This document shows positions 62,140 to 64,000 of a stretch of DNA of 64,000 nucleotides, one piece after another. Made by a program: the position numbers and the translations under genes. This DNA is from Auanema rhodensis. Its lineage: Eukaryota; Animalia; Nematoda. The notes beneath the pieces are model-generated. The model saw only the letters and a program-made list of their open reading frames with translations, searched no databases and was not told the origin of the DNA. Every line of letters begins with the position of its first letter. The first letter of the stretch is position 1. The DNA lies in NCBI GenBank assembly GCA_964057225.1, contig OZ059894.1:13826001-13890000 (forward strand). Direction: 5' to 3'.

Positions 62140-64000
62140 TGTATATTTGTATATTTTTTACTATATCATATTACATTATTATTATAATAATGTGATGAAT
62201 ATTTCCTATTAATACAATAAATAGCAAAATGACTCTATGATGTATGATGTACTTGAGAACATATTATATATAAATTATTTATATTATATGTATATGTATG
62301 TATAACATTGTATTTAGTATATTATATTATATAAATATAATTCCAATACAATACAATTTAATTACCATTTTATATTAATTTATATTATTTTTTTAAAACT
62401 TTTATACAGAAAAAATAGTATATAGTTTCTTTAACTATAACTACATATGTATATACATTATTACAACTTTAATGCTTCCTTTAACAGGACAAAATATTAT
62501 TCAAAAATTTGCATAAATCCACAATAAAGCTTCAAAACTTGGTTTTAAACTTGAGCCTGTAGAACCTGTCGGTTTCAAACACTGAACTTTTAGAACCCTA
62601 CCATCCGGTTTGCACATCCATAAGAGAAGGGTAAACAAGAAAAGCTTTCCAACCAATCTAAATTCTAAATGTCAGTTGTCCAGTAAAAATTAAAGTTTTA
62701 CTCGTTAATTGAAATATATTTTGGAATTTTTTATTAAAATAATTGAATAATATTTTTTATTGATTAATTTATTTATAATATAAATAGAATAAATATTTAT
62801 ACTGTTTTTATAATTTTTTATATCAACTTAATTATAATTTTTTTTATTTAACTTTGATTCAAAAAAAAATTTAAATCAATTTATAACAGATTAATTAAGA
62901 AATGGATGATTTTCGTTGAAGCTTGTACTTAATCAAAAGAACTGTTTATTTGGTTTTTTTTTGAAAATTAGCTTTTATTTTTCTTCAAAGCAATCAACAA
63001 ATTACGTATTACAAATGACAATTACACTTTTTTTTGAAATAGAAAATTCAACAAATGGTAATCGTGATGATATTCTTAACAGAATAACAAAAAAAAGACG
63101 GAAATTCAAGTTCAATGACGTTAAATGTAAATCTTGATAGTATGGGCTCAATGGAAGTCATAGTTTCTTGTTGTCAGCTGTTCTTTTCTTTTTCTCATCT
63201 TTTTCATTCATATGCCTTTTTTTCATTTTTTTCTTTCCTCTTGTCCATTCTTTTCTTTTTTTTTAAACAACAACGAGCGTAAGAGCATTTGAAAACACTT
63301 GAAATTTTCCTAAAAAAAAGATATTATCATAACTAGAATAGGTTTAATATCAATTTATGTATAAATTCAATATATATCTCTCTCTATATATATATATAAA
63401 TGAATATTACTTTTATATTCTAATAATATTTAATTTAAAATTATATATTTTAAACAAATATATAATAAATTTTATAATAAAAAATAATATATGTATATGT
63501 ATAGTATTATAGTATTCAGTTATACATATACAGATATATACACAAAGATTGCTTAGATATATACTATAATCATTATAAAAATATTTTTTATTATTTTTTG
63601 TATATATTATAATAAACTATTTTATATATTAATTTAATAAATTTATAAATTCTATATTCTTTTACCTTCTAGCTCTTCCCTAACTAACAACAAGGTCATA
63701 CACTTTAAAACGTTTCCGTAGAGCAAAATCAAACCTGCAGTTAACAATTCGTTTCAATTGTATTAGTTAACTTTCAAAAAAATTTGTTGAAAAGAAAGAA
63801 GAAACATTTCCTTGTCTTCAATAAATAGAAAAATGAATTTCTTGTTTTGTATAAGTTGAATATATCAAATAGATTAGATAGATAAAGCCTACTTCCTTAT
63901 GTAACAACTTTTTTCATTTTTATCACTTTTCCTATTTCTATATCTATTTAATTTTCTTTTTTTCAGAGTTTTTATCTTCTTCTTCTTCTTCTTCTTTCTT

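Noticed and set aside
60680-63740. Possible additional minus-strand gene (fragments DWLESFSCLPFSYGCANRM, EPHGFGFVIPVHD*)
   Set aside because: The fragments are short. I could not build a consistent start-to-stop model or recognise a domain.

Overview
AT-rich eukaryotic DNA with many ~45-60 nt introns and TTTCAG-type acceptors, consistent with a nematode genome. The ORF track is mostly exon fragments and noise, so the gene models below were spliced by hand. Genes: an SDR/retinol-dehydrogenase-like gene (+); a secreted Reeler-mucin-ShK protein (-); two divergent G-protein alpha subunits (-), one needing a GC-AG intron; a TPM/MOLO-1-like membrane protein (-); ACAD10 (-) ending in the peroxisomal signal SRL; a small secreted-peptide candidate (+); a highly divergent forkhead transcription factor (-); and a six-exon orphan (-). 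Two tandem arrays dominate 10.6-27 kb. The first is a 13.4-kb, ~67-copy 199-bp satellite with higher-order structure and an SL1-like motif in each monomer. The second is a 163-bp array of 10 identical tRNA-Pro(TGG) genes plus one truncated copy, nested antisense in an intron of the TPM gene. It has a GC hairpin followed by CTAG in the spacer and a templated-insertion junction at its right end. A Tc1/mariner-type MITE with a second partial copy and many (AG)n microsatellites are also present.
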